Source: a bacterium (GTDB lineage Bacteria > Patescibacteriota > Gracilibacteria > Absconditabacterales > Absconditicoccaceae). From it: a stretch of 40,000 nucleotides of DNA. Position numbers and translations under genes: made by a program. Of this stretch, positions 10,731-20,662 are shown piece by piece; position 1 is the first letter of the stretch; the number at the start of each line of letters is the position of its first letter. The notes beneath the pieces were generated by a model. That model made no database searches, was not told the origin of the DNA, and was given only the letters and a program-made list of their open reading frames with translations. The DNA is taken from contig JAHDFY010000001.1 in the NCBI GenBank assembly GCA_020627925.1, positions 1,583 through 41,582 on the forward strand. Direction: 5' to 3'.

Positions 10731-11393
10731 ATGAAAAAACAAAGACTTATTAATGCATTAAAAAAAATGCCACAGGAACAAAGAGATTGGCTAGAGAAGA
10801 CGAAACTAGAAGGCATTAAATTATTCAAAAAGGATAACTTTTTGTGGTATGTGTTGCTTCAAAGTTTTGCCACAATGGGTAACTCAAGAGGTCGAGAATG
10901 ACTGATGAAAGATAAAAACAACTACCAAAAAGTATCTTATGATAACCTTATACATATACCGGGTGAAAAAGTTTTTTCTCATATAGAAAATGTATTAAGA
11001 GAGTCCAAAGTTAGAATGCCTCAAAAGAAAGCAATATGGTTAGGTAAGAACCTTGAGTTTATAAAAAAAATGTGAGGTCCTAAAATCATGAAAGAAATTG
11101 CAGGCTACTATAAAAGTGCTGAGTGCAAAATATTATTTACCAAGCAGTTCTATTGAATTTGAGACAAGTATGCTAGAAACATGTGGATGGATGCATACCA
11201 TCCTGACTTTCACAATAATATAGCAGTAGATGTTCGTATCAAAAAAATATTAGAAAGACTAGGCCAAAGCATAAAGCAATATGATAAAAGCGAAAAGTTT
11301 CTATTGGATATAGCACATAAAGCTGGTCTTAATTGACGAGAGTTGGATCGTTTACTATATCAGTATACAGAGTATTACATATCAAAAGTATAG
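10731..11393 (+). CDS. HhH-GPD superfamily (endonuclease III-like) DNA glycosylase-like protein, 220 aa
   Basis: ATG 10731 to TAG 11391-11393. FYGIGDKYARNMWMD...IAVDVRIKKILERLG parallels the LPGVGxKTANxVL...VDTHVxRVxxRLG architecture. Confidence 0.5.
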
Positions 11394-11410
11394 CATAAAA
11401 TTAACGATAG

Positions 11411-11593
11411 ATGAAGATGATAGGAAATAATTCGAACACAAGTCTGTTTGAGTATAAAAGATTAGACTTTAGAACTGCGTATACCTTATTGCACTGCTAC
11501 AGTGAAGCTTTTGACAAGAGGGATGAGATTGTTTCACAACTAACGAAAAAGCAAAGGATTCTCTATAGATTTACAGAGGCACAGATTTATTAA
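11411..11593 (+). CDS. hypothetical small protein (60 aa)
   Basis: ATG-to-TAA ORF present in the track, 17 nt after the preceding gene. No motif recognised. Confidence 0.3.
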   Translation: MKMIGNNSNTSLFEYKRLDFRTAYTLLHCYSEAFDKRDEIVSQLTKKQRILYRFTEAQIY

Positions 11594-11891
11594 TACGATA
11601 TATACACGGGAATAGAACAGAGAGGGGGTCCTACAGAAGTCGTTAAAAACTTAAGGTGACTTATAATGGTGTTAAAATGTAATTTCTTTTTATTGATAAC
11701 AATAATAAAAATAGTATCTAGCGATAAATCATAAGCTAGTGAAGACAAAAAAAGAAATTTATTAGTGACTAAAAACCCAGTTCGTTCCGTCGTGAAAATG
11801 TGTTTGAGCCTTCTGGATATCAAAAACGGAATAACTATCATACTACAAGTAACAAAATGATCGCAGATATTTAGTTTATTGAAGTTTAGCA

Positions 11892-12284
11892 ATGATAAGT
11901 AAAAAAGAATCAGTTAAGAGTTGAAAAATCCTTCCCAAGAGTGAAAGATTGAGAAATGATGATTGTTCTTTAGGTAGCCAAGGGTTGGACGAAGAGTATT
12001 TAAAATTATTTCTGAAAGCTTGCTTCAATGAACAAAAAAAAACGACTGAAGAAAATGGTCTGAGTGTTATGCTTGAAAAGATCAAGCAAAGTTTAGTAGA
12101 TCATAACTGTAGTTGAAATACGTTAACTACTAGCACACACATTCCTCAAGCTCAAAATGAGAACTTGATGTTTGAAGAGTTTTCTAAAGAATCTATGAGA
12201 AACGGACCCAGTCCTGAGATGAAGAAGATTATTGAGTTACTTGATGAATGCGTAACTGGTGAAGTTGTTGCTTGAAGTGATTAA
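11892..12284 (+). CDS. hypothetical protein (130 aa)
   Basis: ATG 11892 to TAA 12282-12284 with 3 in-frame TGAs. Composition is protein-like and acidic. Convergent with the methylase gene. Confidence 0.4.
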
Positions 12285-12287
12285 GTT

Positions 12288-13160
12288 TTACTTAGTTCTT
12301 CTTTTAGACTTTTTTATAACAGTGTTAGAGGCGATCAAGCCATCACTTAGAAATAAAATTTCCTTTCATTCTCTTGCCTTATATGCTGAGTGGTTGAATG
12401 AATACTTTCTTACTCTTTTACTTGGAACTCGGCCATATATTTTTTCTATTTCAGGGGTGTTATCATAAGAGACAATCCAGTTGATGTTTTTTATCTTTTT
12501 AATCTGTTCAGAAATATTCACATGTTCATCTTCTTTGTAGTGATTCATGTAGAGGGATGCTCCTTTTAAGTAGTAAGGTGGGTCAAAATAGAAGATTGTA
12601 TTATGGTTGTTAGATTCTTTTTGAATGAGTTTGATAAGATCTGGTGCATCTAGTTTACACAATCTGATACGTTTCTTGTGTTTAGCAATTAGTTTTATTC
12701 TCCTAATTAGCTCTGGTTTATTGAAACGACAATCAATTTTGTATTTTCAGTTCTGGTTGTATCCTCATATCATTCAAGCTGTTATTATTCCTGAGATATT
12801 TGTTCTGTTTAAAAAAAAAGTAGAAAATCATAGGTCTAAAAGCTTTGCCTTGCCTTTATTTTGTTGGATCTCTTTTGCTTTTTCCCAGTTGTCAACAGTG
12901 ATTTCTGTATTTGCTATTAATTCACAAAACTTTTTTGTATTCTTTAATACAGAATGCCAAAAGGCATATATTGAACGATCATAGTCATTAATAGTTACGT
13001 TGCTTACTTTTCACTCAATTAGTAAGTATAGTGCTACAGAAGCACCTCAAGCATACGGTTCAACGTAGTGCCCATTTATGCCATTATTAAAACAAACTTC
13101 AGAAATGAACTTAGCTAGTTTGTTTTTACCTCCTGGATACCTAAGGGGTGAGTAGAACAT
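12288..13160 (-). CDS. D12-class N6-adenine DNA methyltransferase (Dam family), 290 aa
   Basis: ATG 13158-13160 to TAA 12288-12290. Motifs LRYPGGK, EPYAGGASV (motif I), FFLNRTNISG and FYFDPPY (motif IV). Confidence 0.85.
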
Positions 13161-13175
13161 TGGAACTGTTATCAA

Positions 13176-14585
13176 TTAAAATGTTTTCCACAATATTTCA
13201 AAAAATTCTTCTAAATTGTCTCGTTGTAGTTTTAATGAGCTAGGAGTAGGTTGAGATTTGTATGAATGTACATACGAGTGGAAGTTATCAATATGTAAAA
13301 TATTCGATTTGTCAGAAGCTACCTTTCTGATGTTTTTCAGCGACTTACCATCTGCTATCTTTTTAGACTCTAGGTCGTTAGTTACTTTCCCAATCTTTCC
13401 CTTTATTATATCGTCCTTACTGAAGCTGAATCAGTTCTTTGCTGCATAGTAATCTAATGAAACCTCAAGAAAAACTCTAAATAGAACTCAGACCGCATTC
13501 GGTACTGATTTTTTACTATCATCTATGCACAAATCATCTCTTAATTCACGGTATATATTATTAATTTTAGGTTCTGTTATTTTTATGATAAATGACTTAG
13601 GTATTAGATAGGATCTAGTTGTGGATTTAGCTCTTGCTCTACTTTTTTGTTTTGCTTGTGTTTTATCTGTAAGAGGACTTCTTTTTTTCTTCTCAATAAC
13701 GATGGTCTTTTGATCAAATAAATTTGTTTTAATTTTTTCTGATATGCTTTTTTCAACATGTGCATAGTCCTCCTTAGTTATTGACTGAAGATAAGTTTTT
13801 TGTTCGCTATTCTTGTTTAAAGAACGTGAATTAATTTTATTCCCCGAGAAATCTTCTTTTTCTAGGGTATTGATAATTATAACTTTGAGTTCTTTTTGGA
13901 AATCTGGATATGAAACTAGTAGTTTTTTATCCTCAATACTGTATCAATACTTTTCCCAAGCAGACTTGCTTCCAATTATACGTCGAAAGTTTGTTACATA
14001 TCCAGGGCCCAAAACACTTTCTTTAAGAGCTTCTGGTAGATCTAATGTTTTGATTAGTTTTGCAATCTCAGCTTTGAAAATTTCTAAGTTGTTAGCATTT
14101 CAGCTACGTACTTTATAGTGAGTTCTCTCAAGGTCCCCCCAATTGACCTGATTGTTTCCATGTATATGTTTTCTTTCAATGTACGTAAATCACAAAGTTA
14201 AATCTTCTGTAACTATACATTCAAGAGAGTACGCTGAATCTATGTTTACTTCTTTTTTTTGCTGTAAAAAAAATGACTTTACAGTTTTATTAGGCGCTAA
14301 ATCAGGGTTACTAAGGAGTTTATAAACTGTTAGACGACGATTTCATTCTAACACTATACTTTTTTCCCCATCACGCAAAACTACAAGCTTCTCTAGTTGC
14401 GGGAAATTGAATTGATCAACAATACTTTGCGTGAGTTCCTTTATTTTAAAGTTAGGTTTAGAACAGAAATGCTTAATTAATTCTCCCTCTTCTTTTTCGA
14501 AATACTTCTCTGGAAAACGAGCATTTTCATCCCATAGTTTTAATTCTTGAATTGATATGTTTTCAGTTCGGATACTATTACTCAT
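13176..14585 (-). CDS. ParB/Srx N-terminal-domain protein with an uncharacterised C-terminal region, 469 aa
   Basis: Read codon by codon from ATG 14583-14585 to TAA 13176-13178. N-terminus ISIQELKLWDENARF...VVLRDGEKSIVLEGNRRLTVYKLL (ParB GxxR box). Its stop is 15 nt upstream of the methylase ATG, in the same frame. Confidence 0.6.
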
Positions 14586-14896
14586 CAGTAACTTGATTTG
14601 AGTTAAAATTAGAATCTTCTGGCAAAAGTGAATACTTCTTTTGGAGTAATATTTTAGATACGTTATGAAGCAATCCTATCTTATTATATAAGCTTTTATA
14701 GGAGTAAAACCATATATTTTTTTCATATAATTATATACTTATATAGATGTAGGCGATAAGCTATTTATTAGGCTTTTTGCTATCATTTTTCTCATAAAAG
14801 ATTATACTACGAACCGTAGAGAATCCAAGAGAGAAACAGACTTATAACGCCATTATAAGTTCGAATATTATCCATTTAAAGCATAATTGATTTTGT

Positions 14897-15241
14897 ATGC
14901 CGTGCTTAGCCAAAAACTCAGAGTGATTACCATGTAATGCTGCACCGATGAAGGGTGAAGATTACTGTTACATTCACAATCCACACGTTCCTGAAAATGA
15001 AAAGAAATTAGCCCAATCTCTAGGCTGAAAATCTAGTCCAGTTGTAGTAAAAAATACTCTAATAGAAAATGCTTCAGATGTGGCAAATTTGTTATCCGAC
15101 ACATTAAATAGAGTCAGAACTTGAGAAATATCTGTATCAGTCGCAAACTCTATTGGGTACTTGAGTAATCAATTTTTGAAAGCCAAAGAGGTCTCTGAGT
15201 ATCAGGACAAGCTTGATCATATTCATAGAGCGATCACTTAG
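14897..15241 (+). CDS. zinc-ribbon protein (114 aa)
   Basis: ATG 14897 to TAG 15239-15241. N-terminal C-x9-C-x11-C-x2-H (PCLAKNSEGLPCNAAPMKGEDYCYIH), a motif common in mobile-element small proteins. Confidence 0.45.
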
Positions 15242-15264
15242 CGTTTATTAAATTTAAAGTTAAG

Positions 15265-15543
15265 ATGTACTGAACAACAAGAAAAACAAAGCAGATGCGC
15301 AAGCTATTGTGAAAAGCATCGTCTATCAATGCAGTTAAAACAATTGTTTCAAACGAAGTAAACAGCTTGGAAGGTGGGAAGGGATTTTTAGATAAGTATG
15401 AATACGCTGAGTTACTGGAATCAACGACAGATAACCAAGAAGTTACTTCTTTGGGTCTAAAATGACGGGAAATGGTGAAGATGTTAGTTAATGAGGTGCA
15501 TCACAAGGCAGACAAGATTGTAGCTAATCATATTGCAATATAG
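15265..15543 (+). CDS. hypothetical protein (92 aa)
   Basis: ATG 15265 to TAG 15541-15543 with 3 in-frame TGAs. Confidence 0.3.
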
Positions 15544-15671
15544 GTCCTGGCCACAATCACCCAAGTGAAGGAGTTGATTATTTTACTGGTAATCCTGGTG
15601 CTTATGCAGGTCATATAGTTACTATAGTTGGCGTAAAGTTGACTCCAACAGGGATAATGGCAGTAGTGTAA
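15525..15671 (+). pseudogene. possible CHAP/NlpC-P60-type amidase fragment, TGA-free
   Basis: Startless open frame ...GPGHNHPSEGVDYFTGNPGAYAGHIVTIVGVKLTPTGIMAVV* (the GH-hydrophobic-V motif is typical of the CHAP His region). All 8 Gly are GGN. Confidence 0.25.
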
Positions 15672-15745
15672 GATATAATGCCTTAAGAGTAAGAGGTCTG
15701 CAATAGCCCTTAAATTGATTTGCATACAAGTCAATATTGCCTATA

Positions 15746-15780
15746 GTGATTCTAGGTTTTTTACTTAGAATCACTTTTTT
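15746..15780 (+). terminator. intrinsic terminator
   Basis: GTGATTCTA-N11-TAGAATCAC followed by T6, ending 1 nt before the next ATG. Confidence 0.5.
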
Positions 15781-15781
15781 G

Positions 15782-16840
15782 ATGAAAAAAATATTTATTG
15801 GATTCTTTGCTTTTGTATTAGGTGTCAGTATCGTAGCCGCTGAAGGTACATGTATTGAACTATTGATGGTGCATGAAAGTGATCGAAAAAATGAGAACTA
15901 CCACAAAAGGTTAGGGAAGATTAAAGATAAAATAGAAGGTTTACCTGTTGATATTAGGTTGAAAGTAATAAAAAAAATTGAAACTATAAATACAAGCCCT
16001 TGATTTTCTGATTTTTCTGAAATAAAAAAGTCTGTACTGCAAGATGTACAGAATATACTGCTTAATGTAGTATATAATTCATTAGAAGATGATCATGCGT
16101 ACACTAAAATATTAGATAAAGTAAAAGATATTAAGCTATATAGTGATAGTTATTGATTTGAAGGATTCTCTATCATTGGTGATGAAGTTTCTACTATAAA
16201 ATCTAATCAAGAAGAATACTGAGTGTACGAACTATCAAGGCTAGTAGAAGATACAAAGGTAGTATACGTAGTCAATACCTTACAGCAATCTAACGATTAC
16301 CAGAATAGTTTTCAGTGAAAAAGAATTCCATTTGACATATTAGGACAGTACTTTAAGGCGCGAGAGGATAATGATTTATCAATTGTCGCTTCAATTATTC
16401 AAGAAGGTATCGCAAACTGAATTTCTTTTGCGCCATTTACGGATACTTTGTGGTTTGGTGGTTGAGCTAAGTTGCTTTCAGTAGAGATACATAAAAAATG
16501 AGTTCGAGGTCTTGGACATTGAATGACTACTGGATCGCCTGAGTATTTTTTGCGATATATGACAGTAACTGGAGATAAGATCATCTATATGATAGAACCT
16601 TTAGATATATTTTACGATCTGAACGGGGATTGGAATTCAAATATTGAGTTTGCTCAAGACTTAACAAAAGATGAATTTACTAAACTGTCTAATGCTTGCA
16701 TAGCATGGGAACATAGACCATTATGTGATTCATGTACAGAGTATTTTGTTGATCGTATTGAGTGAAGAACTGATAATGATTATTTTAATACAATTAGGCA
16801 AAAGTTTCTATCAAAGATAGATAAAATACATAATGAATAG
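15782..16840 (+). CDS. secreted hypothetical protein (352 aa)
   Basis: ATG 15782 to TAG 16838-16840. Signal-peptide-like MKKIFIGFFAFVLGVSIVAA. Joins track ORFs 15737-16003 and 16523-16765 across TGAs. Confidence 0.5.
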
Positions 16841-16860
16841 ATGGCGAAAATTTTAATAAT

Positions 16861-16916
16861 TAGATAGTAGACATAAAAACATTGTGTCTACTATCTTTTG
16901 TTATCATAAAGAAAAG
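16861..16916 (+). repeat. repeat R, copy 2 (short form)
   Basis: TAGATAGTAGACATAAAAACATTGTGTCTACTATCTTTTGTTATCATAAAGAAAAGC matches the first ~57 nt of R1/R3 and then diverges. Confidence 0.7.
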
Positions 16917-17148
16917 CAAGGTTAGGTATGCTAGATCGCTGATTCAGGGGTATATTAATGTTACAGATGATGAAGAAGGAATCATCTCAAGATTGAATGA
17001 CAAACAGATGATTGTGTATGATTTAGACGGTTTTGAAGCCGCTACGGGGATTGACAGGTATTAAGAGAAGGGCGAATGAACCATAGATCTATTGTATTGT
17101 CCAATAGTATATTTACACTTATGCAAAGTATTTATATATTTCGTTACA

Positions 17149-18024
17149 ATGAAAAAAATAGTTGGGTTGTGTATATTATCATTTGTAGCAATGATTAGTT
17201 TTGTACAGTGAAGTAATGTTGAGCCTATCCCTGTGGTAGTATCTGATACTGAATTTTACAATAACAGTTTATCTGTAGAAGAAAGACAAACAATAGTTAA
17301 AATTATGACTATATTAGAGCCAATTTTTGAGCAGGATTCGAGTAGCTTTTCTGAATATGAGTGGCAAACTAACTCTGATTTTTTCTCCACAGTTAGGTGG
17401 AAATTGATGAAGAAGATAGTAGATAATATAGGTTCTGAAGATTCAATAAGAAATAAGTTGCTAAAAGAGTTATATTTTCAGATAGCGTACAAGAAAAAAA
17501 TTCTTCAAGATGGAGTAGATCTTGAGTATAGCAGATATCTATCACCTGATTATAGTATGAATGGTTATGATGGGACTATCGTGCTTGAAGGGTATCTAGT
17601 GTCACCGAATGATATGTTCATAGAAGAGATAGATGCTTGATGAAGAAGAATTATTGAGGAGGAGCAAGTATATATTGATGCTAAAAGTTACTTTTTTGTA
17701 ACACAGTGAAAAAATGCTGATCTATTAGAACAACATATGAGTCTAAGATATAATATAGATGTTGTTAGTGATATGTTAGACTCTCGCTTCAAAAGAAGCA
17801 TTGGGCTATCTTGCTTATGAGCGTATGAAAATCTTGATCTTGATGTACTGCTTGATGCAAGTGCTGACAATCCAGTAAGACTTAAGGTATCAATGACATT
17901 CCCAGAAAAACAATGGCCGTATACAAAGTTTGATGCACCAATAAACGATGTATACACATATTATCATGAAATTAATGATTGTAACAAAAATGGTTTTGAC
18001 AATATTGAAGTAATTACTAATTAA
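17149..18024 (+). CDS. secreted hypothetical protein (291 aa)
   Basis: ATG 17149 to TAA 18022-18024. Signal-peptide-like MKKIVGLCILSFVAMISFV. Extends track ORF 17233-17640 on both sides through TGAs. Confidence 0.5.
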
Positions 18025-18026
18025 AG

Positions 18027-18059
18027 AAAAGGGAGTACCTAAAATAGGTTCTCCCTTTT
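18027..18059. terminator. bidirectional intrinsic terminator between convergent genes
   Basis: AAAAGGGAG-N15-CTCCCTTTT, with A/T runs on both sides. Confidence 0.6.
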
Positions 18060-18086
18060 AATATTCAAAAGATTTTAATCTTAATC

Positions 18087-18660
18087 TTATGGTTTGTAGA
18101 ACGGATGCGAATACACATTACCGTTATCATCAATAACTCTTACAGCATACCAACCTGAAGCATATGTACTTGTGTTCATCGTAAAGGTATTCACTGTTGG
18201 GTTGAATGTTCCATCTTCTTGTGGTTGTCCACCCCAGGTAAAAACCTCATACGATGAAATCATAATACCATTCCCAAATACATCAACAGATGCTGTAGTT
18301 GGAACACCCATTGTGATCGTCATTCCATCACCAACTGAACAAGTAGAAACAATGTTTTGAGATACGTAAGCGGAACTAATCATTCCATTGCTTGGATTTA
18401 GCTCATCAATACCATCAATTTGAGTGCCATTGTCATAGTAGTCTATAATATCAATAACGCCATTTTTGTTTCTTAGCTCTTGTAGATTGAGTCTTAGAGA
18501 ATCTTTATTTACTTCAAAGTGAATATGATTTCCTGTAGTTCCTTTTGAGTTTCCAGTATTATTTCCACTACCTCCATTGTTTCCACTACATAGTGTTGTA
18601 TTTAAACACTGGTTGTGGCAGTAGTTTTGAAAGTCAGTCCAGCCATTACCATCAATGTTA
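18087..18660 (-). pseudogene. 5'-truncated M23 (LytM-type) peptidase gene, TGA-free
   Basis: The frame ends at TAA 18087-18089 and reads ...GNHIHFEVNKD... (M23 HxH block) plus a beta-rich C-terminal domain. No start: the frame abuts the recombinase remnant at 18660/18661. About two dozen Gly codons, all GGN. Confidence 0.6.
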
Positions 18661-18984
18661 AATCATAAGCTTATTGAGTTTGAGATGTTTATACAGTTAG
18701 CCAAGAACGCAGGTGCATACTTTAAAAACTCTACATATGTTCGAAAGGCTAAAATCATAGAAATATTTTTTTCGAACATCATCCTAAATTGAGAAAAGGT
18801 AGTTCTCAATTATATTTTTGATACGAAAAAAACCGCCCTACTCGGACAGTTCTTTCATGGAGCACCTACTCGGTGAACTTTCGAACATTTGTATAAAGCT
18901 TTTAGCTCACAACTACCTTTTCAGATAAATAAGTTCATTTTGTATCATAAAGAAATGATTAAATACTTATCGGAAAAAAGTTAG
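18661..18984 (+). pseudogene. 3' remnant of a large serine recombinase gene with its own tail
   Basis: 18661-18852 is collinear with 30883-31074 (the end of the intact recombinase gene). The frame continues across the core into ...FFHGAPTRGTFEHLYKAFSSQLPFQINKFILYHKEMIKYLSEKS* (TAG 18982-18984). Confidence 0.65.
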
Positions 18985-19167
18985 TTCATAAGTAAGGAAA
19001 AGAGAATCAGGAACTATTGTTTTCAGTCATTTGATTCTCTTTTGATATATTCGGTAATAAGGAGGGAACAAAATATATTGCAATATGTTACTACAATAGA
19101 TATAATCATATCAGTTTATCACTGATAAGAAGATGATCAGAAACAGACAAAACACATCATATTATTA

Positions 19168-19265
19168 CTACTTCCGCAGCTAGGGAGAGTTTTTCTGCAT
19201 ATTCATTTTCGACTAAACTACTTCCTATACAGCACTCTAGCTGACAAAGGGAAGTAGTTTTTTTA
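19168..19265 (+). promoter_or_regulatory. tyrS leader with nested or alternative hairpins ending in a T-run (attenuator candidate)
   Basis: CTACTTCC occurs twice (19168-19175, 19218-19225) and either copy can pair with GGAAGTAG (19250-19257), which is followed by T8. CAGCTAG (19177-19183) pairs with CTAGCTG (19237-19243). The tyrS ATG is at 19282. Confidence 0.35.
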
Positions 19266-19281
19266 TTCTAACACAATTACA

Positions 19282-20496
19282 ATGAAAACGATTAATACTA
19301 ATGAACAACTTATTGATGATATTCTTTCACGTAGTATCTCAGAAATACTACCGTCAAGAAAAGAATTAAAAGCAAAGTTATTAAGTGGAGAGCGCTTAAG
19401 AATATACATTGGTGCTGATGCAACATGAACAGCATTACATTTGTGACATGCTACTAACTTTATACTATTAGAAAAATTGAGACAATTAGGTCATGAAACA
19501 ATAATCTTGATCTGAGACTTCACCGCTCGTATTGGAGATCCTACAGATAAAACTGCCACAAGAGTAAAGTTGACACGCAAACAAGTAATTGAGAATACAA
19601 GCACTTGGTTAGAACAAATTGGAGCAGTAGTTGATATCAAAAATAAAGATAACCCTGTTTCTGTAGTCTACAATCATGATCGACTATCAAAACTTAGCTT
19701 TGAAGACATTATAGAACTCTCATCTCACTTTACTGTTCAGCAGATGCTGGAAAGAAGTATGTTTAAAAAAAGAATAAAAAGGAATCAACCTATCAATATG
19801 CATGAGTTCTTTTACCCACTAATGCAGTGATTTGATAGTGTGGAGCTAGATGTTGATGTTGAGCTTTGTGGTAATGATCAACTATTCAATGCTATGACTT
19901 GAAGAACATTACTGAAGAAAATTAAGAACAAAGAAAAGTTTGTTGTAACTACAACTCTACTAGAGAACCCCAAAACATGAGAAAAAATGATGTCCAAAAG
20001 TCTAGGCACTGGAATATTTCTAGATGAAGATCACATATCAATATTCTGAAAAGTAATGGCTCAACCAGATGAAAATATTCCACAACTGTTTACGGATTGT
20101 ACATTAGTATCTATCGAAAAAATTGATGAGATTCTATCAAATAGTTCTAATCCTAGGAATAGTAAACTTGATTTAGCTTGGAAAATAACCAATCTATTTC
20201 ACTGAAAAAAGTTAGCTGATTTTGCCAAAAAGAACTTTGAGAAAGTAGTTCAAAACAAAGAAATTCCGACAAACATTGATGAGATAATATTATCCAAAGA
20301 TTCCATTAATATTGTAGAAGCACTAATTCTAGCTAATTTTGCAAAATCAAATGGAGAAGCAAAGAGATTGATTGCTCAAAATGGAGTGAAAATTGATGGT
20401 AATACTGTCTCGTCAGTTAATAAGGAAGTTTCTCTGAATCAAGAATGAGTAGTTATACAAAAGTGAAAGATACATTTTGTAAGAATCAAAAACTAA
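19282..20496 (+). CDS. tyrS: tyrosine--tRNA ligase, 404 aa
   Basis: ATG 19282 to TAA 20494-20496. Motifs GADATGTALHLGH (HIGH; Gly = TGA 19444-19446), LIGDFTARIGDP and KMMSKSLG (KMSKS), plus a C-terminal S4-like domain. Confidence 0.9.
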
Positions 20497-20504
20497 ATGG
20501 TGTT

Positions 20505-20662
20505 AAGATAGTAGACATAATTACCTTGTGTCTACTATTTTTTGTTATCATAAAGAAGAAGCCACGTTTTGGTCTTGCTATTTTTTGGAAGGATCATTAT
20601 ATAAGACATAACTACAATTATTTTATATTTTGTCTTCTTATAAATGATAAAGAAGTTACTTA
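20505..20662 (+). repeat. repeat R, copy 3 (includes the tyrS terminator hairpin)
   Basis: AAGATAGTAGACATAATTACCTTGTGTCTACTATTTTTTGTTATCATAAAGAAGAAGC... The hairpin AGTAGACA/TGTCTACT plus T-run is collinear with R1. Confidence 0.75.

Larger units (their letters stand above)
9180..18863 (+). mobile_element. degraded integrative element 1 (large-serine-recombinase type), bounded by the core TTTCATGGAGC
   Basis: Left junction is unique DNA|core|X sequence (9180-9190). The right end carries the last ~65 codons of a large serine recombinase gene followed by the same core (18853-18863). Confidence 0.45.

Noticed and set aside
11594-11891. About 300-nt gap with no convincing ORF; looked for an ncRNA or an att site.
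   Set aside because: Only short weak hairpins were found, with no repeat partner elsewhere in the window. There is nothing I can support.
16882-17064. 60-aa track ORF right after repeat R2 (…YINVTDDEEGIISRLNDKQMIVYDLDGFEAATGIDRY).
   Set aside because: Its start lies inside the repeat, with no ATG in a sensible position. It may be the C-terminal scrap of a lost gene, but no family motif supports it.
19150-19281. T-box riboswitch upstream of tyrS.
   Set aside because: The conserved T-box sequence (AGGGTGGNACCGCG-like) and a stem I/specifier layout are not visible. I report only a generic terminator/attenuator-like hairpin.
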